A stretch of DNA of 25,701 nt from a virus (lineage: Duplodnaviria; Caudoviricetes). Shown one piece after another: positions 14,524 to 24,733 of this stretch (position 1 is its first letter; each line of letters opens with the position of its first letter). A program made the translations under genes and the position numbers. The stretch spans positions 1-25,701 of IMG/VR virus record IMGVR_UViG_3300044491_000733; one strand, written 5' to 3'. Under the pieces are notes generated by a model. It saw only the letters and a list, made by a program, of their open reading frames with translations, was not told where the DNA came from and did no database searches.

Positions 14524-17500
14524 ATGGCAGAATTTAAACTAAGTAGAATAAGATTTAATTGGAAGGGCTCCTGGTCCGGTGGTCAAGATTATATTGTTGA
14601 CGATATGGTCGAATATATCGGTTACACGTATGTTTGTTTACGTACACACAGCGCAGGATCATTTACAAATGATTTAGCTGGAACTGATGTTACACCAGCA
14701 AAACCTAAATGGAAAAAACAAAGTGAAGGTGTTACATGGACAGGAGTTTGGACAGTAAGTACAGACTACGGTGTAGGTAACATTGTAAAATATGGAGCTA
14801 GTATCTACCAATGTACTGAAGGACATACTTCTGCCGCAACATTTAGTTCAGGTACAGACGGACTAGTTGCTGATATTGGAAAATGGAAAGTTGTTGCTGT
14901 ATCTTCAGCAGATTGGAAATACAACTGGACTATTAATACATTATATAGAATTAACGACTTAGTAAGATATAACGGTAAAGTTTATAAAGCAACAGCACAG
15001 CACGTTTCGGCTGCAAATACAAACTTAGGTCTAGAAGCTAATCAAAATGACTGGGAAGTATTGTCAGATAGTGACACCTGGAGAGCTGATTGGGCAATTG
15101 GTACACGTTATCGATTAAATGACATTGTTAAGTACGGTGGCTATGTTTACAAATGTATTGTAGGACACACTTCAGCAGATAACGCAACGCTTGGGCTTGA
15201 AGAAGATCAGTCTAAATGGGATATTGTGTATGACGGAGTTGAATACGTTACAAGCACCAACGATGATACAGGTGTAACTTCAGGTTTTTGGCAAGCAGAA
15301 TACAGATATAAAAAGAATGACATTGTTAAACGAGGCGGAAACATTATGCGTTGTTTGGTCGGCCACACTTCAGGCGACGGCGATGATGCATTTTACAATG
15401 ATTATAATTCTAATTATTGGGAAATTTGGCTACCAGGATCAACATACGACGAAGCCTGGGCAGACAATGTATACTATCAGCCAAACGACTTAGTGTTGTA
15501 CGGTGGTTACATTTACAAAGCATTAACATTTAATGTAGGATTAGAACCTAGTAATTATCAAGGAACTGATTGGAATCTTACATTTGAAGGATATAGATTT
15601 AGATACGACTGGAATAACCCAGGTCCAGAAAATGATAGTACAATTACAGATTATAAAACAGGTGATGTAGTTAGATTATCGGGTAGTTTATATATTGCTA
15701 TTCAAGATAGTACAGACTTACAACCAGACAATTGGCCTGATTATTGGGAAAAGATTTCTGAGGGTAGACAATATCGTAATACTTGGGAAGATAATATTGA
15801 ATATTATCAAGGAGATATTGTTGTATGGCAAGGAACATCATATGTATGTACAGCAAATCACTACTCAAGTGAATCTGCTTCAAGACCTGACCAAGACGTA
15901 GAACAACCGGATCAAAATTATTGGAAAATTATGATCCTTGGTACACGTACTAATAAACTAGCAAGACTAGGTGATTTAAAAACTTTTGAAGATCAAGATT
16001 CGACAGCAATTGATACACAACGTTTAGCAATTGGCAGTACTGGACAAGCATTAAGAGCAACTTCAGGACTACCAACTTGGGACAGTTTAGATTTACAAGA
16101 AAATGTTTATTATGTTTCACGTAACGGAATCGACGAAACAGCATCTGGCGGCAGCTTGAACGCACCATTTAGAACTGTAAGATTTGCTATGAATTATCTT
16201 CTACAAGATGAGCCAAATAGAGTTGGCGCAGGAGCAACTGTTAAGGTTATGGGCGGAGACTTTGCTGAAATATTACCAATTAGTATTCCTTCAAAAGTAG
16301 CATTAGTTGGTTCAGAATTAAGATCAACAACTATACGTCCAGCAGTTCAAGGCGAAGATATTGTATTAGGTGAAAGAATTAATTTACACGGAATAATCCA
16401 GCCTCAGATTGAGCTTACTGTTCCTGATAATAATGCTAGACTTGATATGTTTAGAGTTAGAAACGGTTGCGGAATTAGAGCCCTAACACTTAGAGGTCTT
16501 CAAGGTAGTGCGTTATCTGGAAATAATGATTATGGTACACAAAGACCTATTCCAGGCAATGCGTTTGTATCTTTAGATCCAGGCGCTGGTCCAGATGATC
16601 AAAGTGTGTGGGTATCAAATAAATCAACATATGTTCAAGGTGTTACAACAATCGGCGACAAATGTATTGGTATGAAAATTGATGGAGCGTTACATAATGG
16701 CGGTAACAGATCAATTGTTGCTAACGACTTTACACAAGTTATTAGTGATGGTATCGGATACTGGGCAACTAATAGAGGACGTTCAGAATTAGTTAGTGTG
16801 TTTACATATTATTGTCATATTGGCTATCTTGCTGAAAATGGTGGTATTTTACGTGCTACTAACGGTAATAACTCATATGGTAAATTTGGTAGTGTATCAG
16901 AAGGATTTGACACAACTGAAACTCCACAAGTAGCTGTAGTAGACAACCAAAGCGGAGAAGCAACAGTTGACGAAGTTTGGGCAGACGGTAATCAAATTTT
17001 TGCTCTTGCTTATACTAACACAGGACAAACATATACTGGTGCTACAACATCTGTTACACAAGCATCAGGTACTGATTTACTTATGAAGTATGACGAAATT
17101 AGACAAGGTGCTATATCAAGAATCGACTTAGCAATACCAGACGATAGTACAAATGTCGGCGGCAATGGCTTTAAAAGTTTTTCAAACACAGCACAAGGTG
17201 GTGATCTAAGTACCATTACTTTAGCGGCTTCAGAAGTTCGTACAAAAGCACAACTTCTAGGTATGAGAATTTTAATTAAAGAAGGTGCTGGAGCAGGACA
17301 ATATGGCTATATTGCTAATTATAACGCATCTACAAAGGTAGCAACAGTTTATAAAGATAGTGACAGTCAACCTGGATGGGACAATATTGTTCCAGGCAAA
17401 GACAATGTTCTTACACTAAACGGAACTACTGTTTACGACTACGAACCAAGAGTAACTATTGAATCGCCAACCTTTACCAAAGCTGACAGAAATGTTCAAG

Positions 17501-19464
17501 TTGGGTCACATGATATCGGATACAGTGATACATTAGGAATGTGGTATTATGCTCCAACAGGAACAAATGATTGGTACACGTCTTTAGATACTAGTGTATG
17601 GACACAAAATGAAACAGCGTATGCTAGATCATATGTTTCATTTGCTAAAACAGGTTCATTATTGCTAGGATTGTCTAACGGGTCTGATCAATTAGTTTTT
17701 TCAAACGATGGTAGTACTTTTGACCATTCAACATTACCATTAAGCACAACTTGGAAAAAAGTTGCTGTTGGCGGCGAATTAGGTGATACAATTATTTGTC
17801 TTGCTACAGGAAACGCAAATGCTTATGTACAACAAACAGAAACAGCAAGTGATTCTACAGTAATTGCTAGTGATGCTTGGACAGTTGCAGCAACTGGAGC
17901 ATCTGATACTAATTGGGTAGGTCTAGCTTATGGCGCAGGAAAATGGATTGCAATTTCAGAAGATGGAACTACAGTTATTTCAACAGACAATGGTGTAAGT
18001 TGGTCTTCAGGAGCCGCAGTTACACCGCAAGCACCGGAAGTTTATAATGATATTGCTTTTGGTAATAATGCTTGGGTAGCTACAATGGCACAATCAGATC
18101 GAGTAATTTACAGTCACAACGGAACAACCTGGAGTGATTCACAAGTAGTTGGTGATTCCGGGCGTGAAAACTGGGTAGTTGGTTATACCGGTGGATTGTT
18201 CCACTTAGTAAGTTCAACAGGAACTACAGCATCAAGTCATAACGCAAAATATTGGCAAATTAGAGATTCAAACGCAGGTATGACTAGTATTGCTGGAGGT
18301 TATCTAGCTAGTAAGCCGACATTCGTAATGATGAATGACGCATCAAGTACAGCACACGTTTATACAGGTGGCGCAAGAGCTTGGGCAAGAGCAGAAGTTT
18401 CAAATGGTAAACTTAGTTTAATTAAGATTTATGATCCAGGTAGTGGATATATTACAACTCCAACAGTAACAGTTGAAGATCCAGAAGAGTATGGCGAGCC
18501 GTACTTTGCTGTAGACATTAATGATGGTGTTTTACCTCAGCCAATTTTTTATAACAGAGGTACAGGATATCAGAGTGCTCTTATTAAAATAACTGGCGAC
18601 GGTTTTGGAGAAGAATTACAAATTGGTAATACTATGAAAATTAATGGAATTAGTGTTGTACCAGGACCAGGAGCAAACGTTGTGTTTGCTGGAAATGAAA
18701 CAGTATATAGACTAGTTAAAGTTAATTCGCAAACCGGAGTAGCACCAAATATTAGTATTACATTCCAGATATCTCCAACACTAGGAAGATCAACGGCTCC
18801 TTTACATAATACAACAACAACTATACGTGAGCGTTATAGTAGTTGTAGATTAACAGGACACGATTTCCTGGATATTGGTACAGGTAATTTAACAGAAACA
18901 AATTATCCGACATTATATGTTGAAGGACAATCACCCGCTAATGATACAGTACAAGCAAATGAAATTGTTGAGTCTAATGGTGGACGAGTGTTCTACACAA
19001 GTACTGACCAAGATGGTAACTTTAGAGTTGGCGAATTGTTTAGAGTTTCACAGGCACAAGGTGGAGTTACTCTAAGTGCTGACTTCTTTAACTTAGAAGG
19101 ATTAGATGAAATTAGACTAGGTGGAATTAGAGTCGGCGGAACACAGGCTGTTATTAGAGAATTTAGTACAGATAATACATTTGTTGCTAATAGTGATAAT
19201 ATTATTCCAACACAACGAGCATTAAAGGCATATATTGAAAACAGATTTACAGGCGGTGGATCAAACTTGTTTACTAACGAGTTAACAGCAGGTCAGCTTA
19301 ATTTTAAAGAAAGCACCTGGGCTAACACAGCCGGATCAAATAATTCAGAAGCAATGGCGTCTGTAGACACAGACTTTATAATTAACGGACCACTAGGCGG
19401 CGGCTTAGCAGGATTAAATTTATTCCTGTCAGCTCGAATTGAACGAGATGACTTTAACGGATAA
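14524..19464 (+). CDS. Giant virion fibre/adhesin-like protein B1 (1646 aa): 8 CBM5/12-like repeats, beta-helix region, Asp-box propeller-like insert
   Basis: Eight W...W....Y..(N/G)D.V.Y.G..Y.C...H.S repeats at the N-terminus; YYVSRNGID...APFRTV; Asp-box-like SNDGSTF, STDNGVSW and SHNGTTW. Confidence 0.78.
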   Translation: MAEFKLSRIRFNWKGSWSGGQDYIVDDMVEYIGYTYVCLRTHSAGSFTNDLAGTDVTPAKPKWKKQSEGVTWTGVWTVSTDYGVGNIVKYGASIYQCTEGHTSAATFSSGTDGLVADIGKWKVVAVSSADWKYNWTINTLYRINDLVRYNGKVYKATAQHVSAANTNLGLEANQNDWEVLSDSDTWRADWAIGTRYRLNDIVKYGGYVYKCIVGHTSADNATLGLEEDQSKWDIVYDGVEYVTSTNDDTGVTSGFWQAEYRYKKNDIVKRGGNIMRCLVGHTSGDGDDAFYNDYNSNYWEIWLPGSTYDEAWADNVYYQPNDLVLYGGYIYKALTFNVGLEPSNYQGTDWNLTFEGYRFRYDWNNPGPENDSTITDYKTGDVVRLSGSLYIAIQDSTDLQPDNWPDYWEKISEGRQYRNTWEDNIEYYQGDIVVWQGTSYVCTANHYSSESASRPDQDVEQPDQNYWKIMILGTRTNKLARLGDLKTFEDQDSTAIDTQRLAIGSTGQALRATSGLPTWDSLDLQENVYYVSRNGIDETASGGSLNAPFRTVRFAMNYLLQDEPNRVGAGATVKVMGGDFAEILPISIPSKVALVGSELRSTTIRPAVQGEDIVLGERINLHGIIQPQIELTVPDNNARLDMFRVRNGCGIRALTLRGLQGSALSGNNDYGTQRPIPGNAFVSLDPGAGPDDQSVWVSNKSTYVQGVTTIGDKCIGMKIDGALHNGGNRSIVANDFTQVISDGIGYWATNRGRSELVSVFTYYCHIGYLAENGGILRATNGNNSYGKFGSVSEGFDTTETPQVAVVDNQSGEATVDEVWADGNQIFALAYTNTGQTYTGATTSVTQASGTDLLMKYDEIRQGAISRIDLAIPDDSTNVGGNGFKSFSNTAQGGDLSTITLAASEVRTKAQLLGMRILIKEGAGAGQYGYIANYNASTKVATVYKDSDSQPGWDNIVPGKDNVLTLNGTTVYDYEPRVTIESPTFTKADRNVQVGSHDIGYSDTLGMWYYAPTGTNDWYTSLDTSVWTQNETAYARSYVSFAKTGSLLLGLSNGSDQLVFSNDGSTFDHSTLPLSTTWKKVAVGGELGDTIICLATGNANAYVQQTETASDSTVIASDAWTVAATGASDTNWVGLAYGAGKWIAISEDGTTVISTDNGVSWSSGAAVTPQAPEVYNDIAFGNNAWVATMAQSDRVIYSHNGTTWSDSQVVGDSGRENWVVGYTGGLFHLVSSTGTTASSHNAKYWQIRDSNAGMTSIAGGYLASKPTFVMMNDASSTAHVYTGGARAWARAEVSNGKLSLIKIYDPGSGYITTPTVTVEDPEEYGEPYFAVDINDGVLPQPIFYNRGTGYQSALIKITGDGFGEELQIGNTMKINGISVVPGPGANVVFAGNETVYRLVKVNSQTGVAPNISITFQISPTLGRSTAPLHNTTTTIRERYSSCRLTGHDFLDIGTGNLTETNYPTLYVEGQSPANDTVQANEIVESNGGRVFYTSTDQDGNFRVGELFRVSQAQGGVTLSADFFNLEGLDEIRLGGIRVGGTQAVIREFSTDNTFVANSDNIIPTQRALKAYIENRFTGGGSNLFTNELTAGQLNFKESTWANTAGSNNSEAMASVDTDFIINGPLGGGLAGLNLFLSARIERDDFNG
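18986..19031 (+). repeat. 46-nt exact repeat shared with 23915-23960
   Basis: GAGTGTTCTACACAAGTACTGACCAAGATGGTAACTTTAGAGTTGG occurs in both B paralogs. Also a 38-nt exact match, 18871-18908 vs 23818-23855. Confidence 0.9.
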
Positions 19465-19466
19465 TG

Positions 19467-19473
19467 ATAAATA
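19467..19473 (+). promoter_or_regulatory. T4 late-promoter-like box (ATAAATA)
   Basis: Intergenic, 27 nt upstream of the ATG at 19501. Confidence 0.55.
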
Positions 19474-19500
19474 TGTATAATACCAAGAACGGAGCAAAAA

Positions 19501-22500
19501 ATGGCAGAAATTAAACTCGGTAGAATTAGATTTATTTGGAAAGATGCATGGACTGCATCCGCTGAATATCTAAAAGATGATGTAATTAGATATGGCGGTA
19601 GAACATATGTTTGTGTAACCGGACACACAGCTACCACTAATTTCTACAATGACTTAGTAAACTGGAACAAGTTTAGTGACGGTACAGAATGGAAAGCAGA
19701 CTGGACAACAACTACATTTTACAAAATTAACGATATTGTAAGATATGGTGGTATTATCTATATCTGTAATACTGGGCACACAGCGCAGGCTGTACTTGAA
19801 GATGACCAATCAAAATGGGATCAATTTGCTACATCCATTGACTGGAAAGATACATGGACTGCAGCAACAGTTTATAAAGCAAACGACTTAGTAAAATATG
19901 GCGGAAATATTTACATTTGTAATACTGGTCACACTGCCGCGGCCACAAATGCTCTAGGACTAGAAGCTGATATTTTAAAATGGGATTTATTTTCCGAAGG
20001 TCAAGATTGGAAACAAAATTGGGCAACAACAACTCGTTACAAAGTTAACGATATTGTCAAATACGGTGGCACGGTCTATATTTGTAATACAGGACACACA
20101 TCTGCTTCAACAGCAACATTAGGACTTGAAGACGATCAGTCAAAATGGGATTACTTAAACCAAGGTATTGAGTACAAAGGTGAATGGACTAATAACACAC
20201 GTTATAAAATTAATGACGTTGTACTTTATGGTGCTACACTTTGGATTGTTACTACTGACCACACATCAGTTGCTACAAATCCTGACTCACAGCTAGGTAC
20301 ACTACAAGCTGATATTGCTAATTGGGACAAATTTGTTCCTGGTATGGAATTTGAAAACACATGGTCAGGATACGAAAGATATCAACCAGGCGACTTTGTA
20401 ACATACGGTGGTAACCAATATGTTGCTAATGATAACGTATATGCTGAAGTTCCTTCAGGTAGCACAAAATGGGACCTAGTAACAACAGGGTTCAATCTTA
20501 GAGGCGACTGGGGCGACGATTCAACAAATACAGAATATAAAATTGGTGATGTTGTAAGATTAGGCGGTTATACATATGTATGTACAGCTGATCATCAAAA
20601 TCAGCGTCCACCAAATACAACCTATTGGGCTAGACTAAATCAAGGTATTGAATGGAAAGATACTTGGACTGATGCTACTCTTTATGACGCAGGTGATGCA
20701 GTTCGCGAAGGACTAATTAGTTATGTTTGTATACTAGCTCACACATCAGCGGCAGGAAATAAACCATCAGTTGATTCAGCAGGTACATATTGGAATAATC
20801 TAGCATCAGGTTCTGAAGAAAGTGCCTTAACTACTGAAGGTGATATTCTCTATTACAGTGGTTCAGGTCCAGCAAGACTTCCAATTGGTTCAGAAGGACA
20901 AGTATTAAGTGTTGCTTCTACAGGAATTCCAGAATGGAAAGATTTTGCGACAACACCAGATGTATACTATGTTGCTACTAACGGTGTAAATAATCCGTAT
21001 CCAACTAACGGCGGCACATTAGATCGTCCATGGAAAACAATTCGTTATGCGTGTGAAGAAATTGAAAAAGGTCCACGTTATCCAAATGCAGCATCTTTAC
21101 TACAAGAAAATAGAATGTTTATAGCATACGAAACTGCTAAATGGGCAAAGAGACAGATTATCACACAAACAGCCCCGTTCTTTATTGGATTTAGTTTTGA
21201 TGAAGCGGCTTTCCAAAGATTAGCAGGACTTGCTGTTGATTATGCTGTAAGAGATTTAAAGCAGGGCGGAAACAGATATATTAGAGATTTAGCACAGTTG
21301 ATTAAAGATCAAACTGATGGTGATTATTTTGATGTAGGTTCAGAAACACAAAATACTGCGGCTTTAGACTTTGTAGTTGTTCTAGTAGAAAATGTACTAG
21401 ATAGTGCTACACCGGCGGCAGATTATCAAGCATTAGATGGTGTTGCATCAGGTGATAGATATTTACAGATTAAAGATGCTACAAGAGTTGAAGAAGCAGG
21501 TGCTTTAGCAGACATTACAGAGTCAATAACAAATATTAAAAATGCAGTTTCTTTAGGAGCAGGATTTACTATTCCAAAACTAGTAAAAACACATAAAGTT
21601 GTATTTGTTAAAACAGGAACCTACACAGAAGTTCTTCCAATTAGAGTACCGGAAAGAACAGCAGTTGTAGGTGACGAATTGCGTTCAACAAGAGTTGAGC
21701 CAGCAGGGTCAGTTACAGACTCAGGCGATGCAACTTATTCATTAGCTGGAATACTACATATGAAAAGTATTTTAAGCGATATTGTTGAAGGTAATGATAT
21801 TACTGAACAAACTGGCAACACATTAGTACAAAACGATTCAAACCCGTTAAGTACTTCAGCAGTAGGTGCTATTGTTCAAGAATTAGCACAAGAGTTGTAT
21901 GATAAAATTGACTATGACATTAACGGAGCATCAGGCGATTCAACAGCACCAGTATTTAGAGGAACTAATACGTTTGTTGATAATCAAGACAAATTTGCAG
22001 CAATGCGTTTATTGCTACTTAACAAAGATTATATTGCTAGAGATGTTACAAAATATATTGAAGTCAACTATCCTTCATATACATTTGATACAGCGGCATG
22101 TGAAGCTGATGTTAAACACTACATTGACGCATTCATTTATGACTTAGAACAAAGTTATACAGGCGGCGGCACAGAAGGTAGTAACTATGCTACACTGATA
22201 GCAGGTCAAATGTATTCAAATAGTGTTAACGGAAGTACAAAAGAAAATATGTACTTACTGCGTGATGCTACAGGTATTAGAAATCAGTCATTAGGTGGAC
22301 TAAGCGGAACACTAGGATCAGCAAATGCATATGGAACTAAGCGTCCAGATACAGGAGCGTATTGTTCATTAGATCCAGGTTGGGGACCAGACGACGATCG
22401 TGTATGGATTCAAACACGATCTCCATACGTACAAGGTGTATCAAACTTTGGTACAGCGTGTGTTGGACTTAAAGTTGATGGAGATTTACACAACGGTGGT

Positions 22501-24357
22501 AACGACTCGATTGTTGCTAACGACTTTACACAAATCTTAAGTGATGGTATTGGTGCGTGGGTAACTAACCTAGGTAGAGCAGAACTTGTTAGTATCTTCT
22601 CATACTACGGACATATTGGTTATCTAGCTGAAAACGGCGGTAAGATACGTGGTACTAATGGTAACTGTTCATACGGTGATCATGGTGCGGTATCAGAAGG
22701 CGTTGACGCAACAGAGATTCCAATTACAGGAACTGTCAACAACAGAAAACTAGAAGCACAGATTGGTAGAGCATTAACAGACGGTAGTGAAATTATTCAC
22801 TTTGAATACACTAACGCAGGTAATAACTATACAACCGCTACATATCAAATTAGTGGAAATGGTTTTGGTGCTGTTGTTGATAGTGCTAATGTTGTAAACA
22901 ATGGTATCTTTGAAGTAAGATTAAAAAATCCAGATGATGGATCTACTTTTAGTGAAACTGATTTAAACAATGATGGGTTACTAAATGACGCAGACACAGT
23001 TGGAGGTCGTGGCTACGAAACAAGTGCTAATACAGCACAAGCAGGTAGTACAACAACTATTACATTGTCAAACACTGAAACAGCAAACAATACAAAATAC
23101 GTTGGTATGAGAATTGTTATTACAGCAGGTGTTGGCGCTGGACAATATGGTATTATTACTGCTTATAATTCTGGTACAAAGATAGCAAATATTGCTAAAG
23201 AATCAGATAGCACAGCAGGTTGGGATAACTTCCACCACAGTAATGCTGTAGAAGCTACACTTGACGCTACAACAACTTATAGTATTGAGCCAAGAGTACA
23301 AATTACAGGTGGCGGCGGCTCAGGCGCGATTGTTAGAGCAAAGGTTGATACTGGTAAAATTACACAGTTCTTTATTATTAATCCAGGTAGTGGATATACA
23401 TCTACTCCGACATTAACAATTACAGATCCAAGTGAAACACTACTATGTCCAACAGAAGTAAGAGTCGGAAGTGGTGTACTAACACAGCCTACATTTAGTG
23501 CTAGAGGTACAGACTTTGAAACAGCAAGTGCTACAGTAAGTGGCGACGGATATGCTGATTCATTCCAAGCACAGAACTTCTTAAACGTAGAAGGATTATC
23601 AGATATTCCAACAGAAGGATCTAATTTCCAATTAGATGGAGATGATAGATACTTCAAAGTTGTATTTGTAAGAGAACTGTTAGGTAGCGCAGGCAACTAT
23701 AACTGTAATTTACAAATTTCACCAGATACAGGAATTGAAAACGCTCCGGCACATGGCACATCAATTACATTACGTAGACGTTATTCACAAGTACGTTTAA
23801 CAGGACATGATTTCTTAGATATTGGTACAGGTAATTTAACAGAAACAAATTATCCAAACACACCAGTTTATCCAAATGATCCAAATGATGAAGTTAAAGA
23901 GTTTGGCGGAGGAAGAGTGTTCTACACAAGTACTGACCAAGATGGTAACTTTAGAGTTGGACGTTTGTTTAACGTTGAGCAGTCTACAGGTAGTGCGAGT
24001 TTGAATACAAGCGCATTTAGTTTAGCAGGTCTACAAGAACTGTCACTAGGTGCTGTTGGACTTGGACAAGGCGGAGCAACAATTAATGAATTTAGTACTG
24101 ACGGAACAATGAGTGCTAATAGTGATAACGTTGTACCTACGCAAAGAGCAATTATTACATACATCAATTCACAAATTGGTGGAGGTAGTAGCTCTCTGAA
24201 CGTTAACGCAGTAACAGCAGGTAAAATAAATATCACAGGAAATACAATTTCAACTACAGATAATTCACCAATTACAGTTACAACAGGTATGAACTTTAAT
24301 GGCGGTATAAGTGGATCACCAGTAGCAATGAGTTATTTCTTAACAAGTAAAACTTAA
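19501..24357 (+). CDS. Giant virion fibre/adhesin-like protein B2 (1618 aa), paralog of 14524..19464
   Basis: MAEIKLGRIRFIWK parallels MAEFKLSRIRFNWK. Eight CBM5/12-like repeats; shared SIVANDFTQ, RLTGHDFLDIGTGNLTETNYP and GGRVFYTSTDQDGNFRVG blocks. Confidence 0.78.
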   Translation: MAEIKLGRIRFIWKDAWTASAEYLKDDVIRYGGRTYVCVTGHTATTNFYNDLVNWNKFSDGTEWKADWTTTTFYKINDIVRYGGIIYICNTGHTAQAVLEDDQSKWDQFATSIDWKDTWTAATVYKANDLVKYGGNIYICNTGHTAAATNALGLEADILKWDLFSEGQDWKQNWATTTRYKVNDIVKYGGTVYICNTGHTSASTATLGLEDDQSKWDYLNQGIEYKGEWTNNTRYKINDVVLYGATLWIVTTDHTSVATNPDSQLGTLQADIANWDKFVPGMEFENTWSGYERYQPGDFVTYGGNQYVANDNVYAEVPSGSTKWDLVTTGFNLRGDWGDDSTNTEYKIGDVVRLGGYTYVCTADHQNQRPPNTTYWARLNQGIEWKDTWTDATLYDAGDAVREGLISYVCILAHTSAAGNKPSVDSAGTYWNNLASGSEESALTTEGDILYYSGSGPARLPIGSEGQVLSVASTGIPEWKDFATTPDVYYVATNGVNNPYPTNGGTLDRPWKTIRYACEEIEKGPRYPNAASLLQENRMFIAYETAKWAKRQIITQTAPFFIGFSFDEAAFQRLAGLAVDYAVRDLKQGGNRYIRDLAQLIKDQTDGDYFDVGSETQNTAALDFVVVLVENVLDSATPAADYQALDGVASGDRYLQIKDATRVEEAGALADITESITNIKNAVSLGAGFTIPKLVKTHKVVFVKTGTYTEVLPIRVPERTAVVGDELRSTRVEPAGSVTDSGDATYSLAGILHMKSILSDIVEGNDITEQTGNTLVQNDSNPLSTSAVGAIVQELAQELYDKIDYDINGASGDSTAPVFRGTNTFVDNQDKFAAMRLLLLNKDYIARDVTKYIEVNYPSYTFDTAACEADVKHYIDAFIYDLEQSYTGGGTEGSNYATLIAGQMYSNSVNGSTKENMYLLRDATGIRNQSLGGLSGTLGSANAYGTKRPDTGAYCSLDPGWGPDDDRVWIQTRSPYVQGVSNFGTACVGLKVDGDLHNGGNDSIVANDFTQILSDGIGAWVTNLGRAELVSIFSYYGHIGYLAENGGKIRGTNGNCSYGDHGAVSEGVDATEIPITGTVNNRKLEAQIGRALTDGSEIIHFEYTNAGNNYTTATYQISGNGFGAVVDSANVVNNGIFEVRLKNPDDGSTFSETDLNNDGLLNDADTVGGRGYETSANTAQAGSTTTITLSNTETANNTKYVGMRIVITAGVGAGQYGIITAYNSGTKIANIAKESDSTAGWDNFHHSNAVEATLDATTTYSIEPRVQITGGGGSGAIVRAKVDTGKITQFFIINPGSGYTSTPTLTITDPSETLLCPTEVRVGSGVLTQPTFSARGTDFETASATVSGDGYADSFQAQNFLNVEGLSDIPTEGSNFQLDGDDRYFKVVFVRELLGSAGNYNCNLQISPDTGIENAPAHGTSITLRRRYSQVRLTGHDFLDIGTGNLTETNYPNTPVYPNDPNDEVKEFGGGRVFYTSTDQDGNFRVGRLFNVEQSTGSASLNTSAFSLAGLQELSLGAVGLGQGGATINEFSTDGTMSANSDNVVPTQRAIITYINSQIGGGSSSLNVNAVTAGKINITGNTISTTDNSPITVTTGMNFNGGISGSPVAMSYFLTSKT

Positions 24358-24360
24358 TGG

Positions 24361-24367
24361 CTAAATA
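24361..24367 (+). promoter_or_regulatory. T4 late-promoter-like box (CTAAATA)
   Basis: Intergenic, upstream of the AGGAG RBS and the ATG at 24387. Confidence 0.5.
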
Positions 24368-24386
24368 CTAATATAGGAGTGTAAAA

Positions 24387-24713
24387 ATGGCATCAGGAAT
24401 TTTAGGATCAGCAGATCTAGGAGCAAACAGCGATACAAGTGTATATACTGTTCCAGCTGATACTTACAGCGTTGTTACTGTATCTTTTTGTAATAGAGGA
24501 TCAAATACAGCAAGTGTAAGGTTGGCAGTTGCAGCATCAGGTACACCAGGAGCAAATGAATATCTCGAGTATGAGACATCAATTGGTCCAAATGGGGTAC
24601 TTGAAAGAACAGGCATTGTAGCAGACACTACAAAGGTTATTGTTTGTAGATCAAGTCAAGCATCCGTAACGGCAATGGTTATGGGTATTGAAACAGCCGT
24701 ACCAGCGGCATAA
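24387..24713 (+). CDS. Small virion-associated protein, ~110-aa TVP family, copy 3
   Basis: TSVYTVPADTYSVVTVSFCN...LERTGIVAD...VMGIE; AGGAG RBS. Confidence 0.7.
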   Translation: MASGILGSADLGANSDTSVYTVPADTYSVVTVSFCNRGSNTASVRLAVAASGTPGANEYLEYETSIGPNGVLERTGIVADTTKVIVCRSSQASVTAMVMGIETAVPAA

Positions 24714-24733
24714 CGTAGAGATAGGAAAGAAAC

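Noticed and set aside
14560-20800. CRISPR-like or DNA tandem repeat array
   Set aside because: The periodicity is at the protein level (CBM-like repeats). The DNA copies are degenerate, with no fixed repeat-spacer pattern.
18871-23960. Possible diversity-generating retroelement TR/VR pair
   Set aside because: The repeats are short and exact, both copies are coding, there is no adenine-specific mismatch pattern, and there is no reverse transcriptase in the window.
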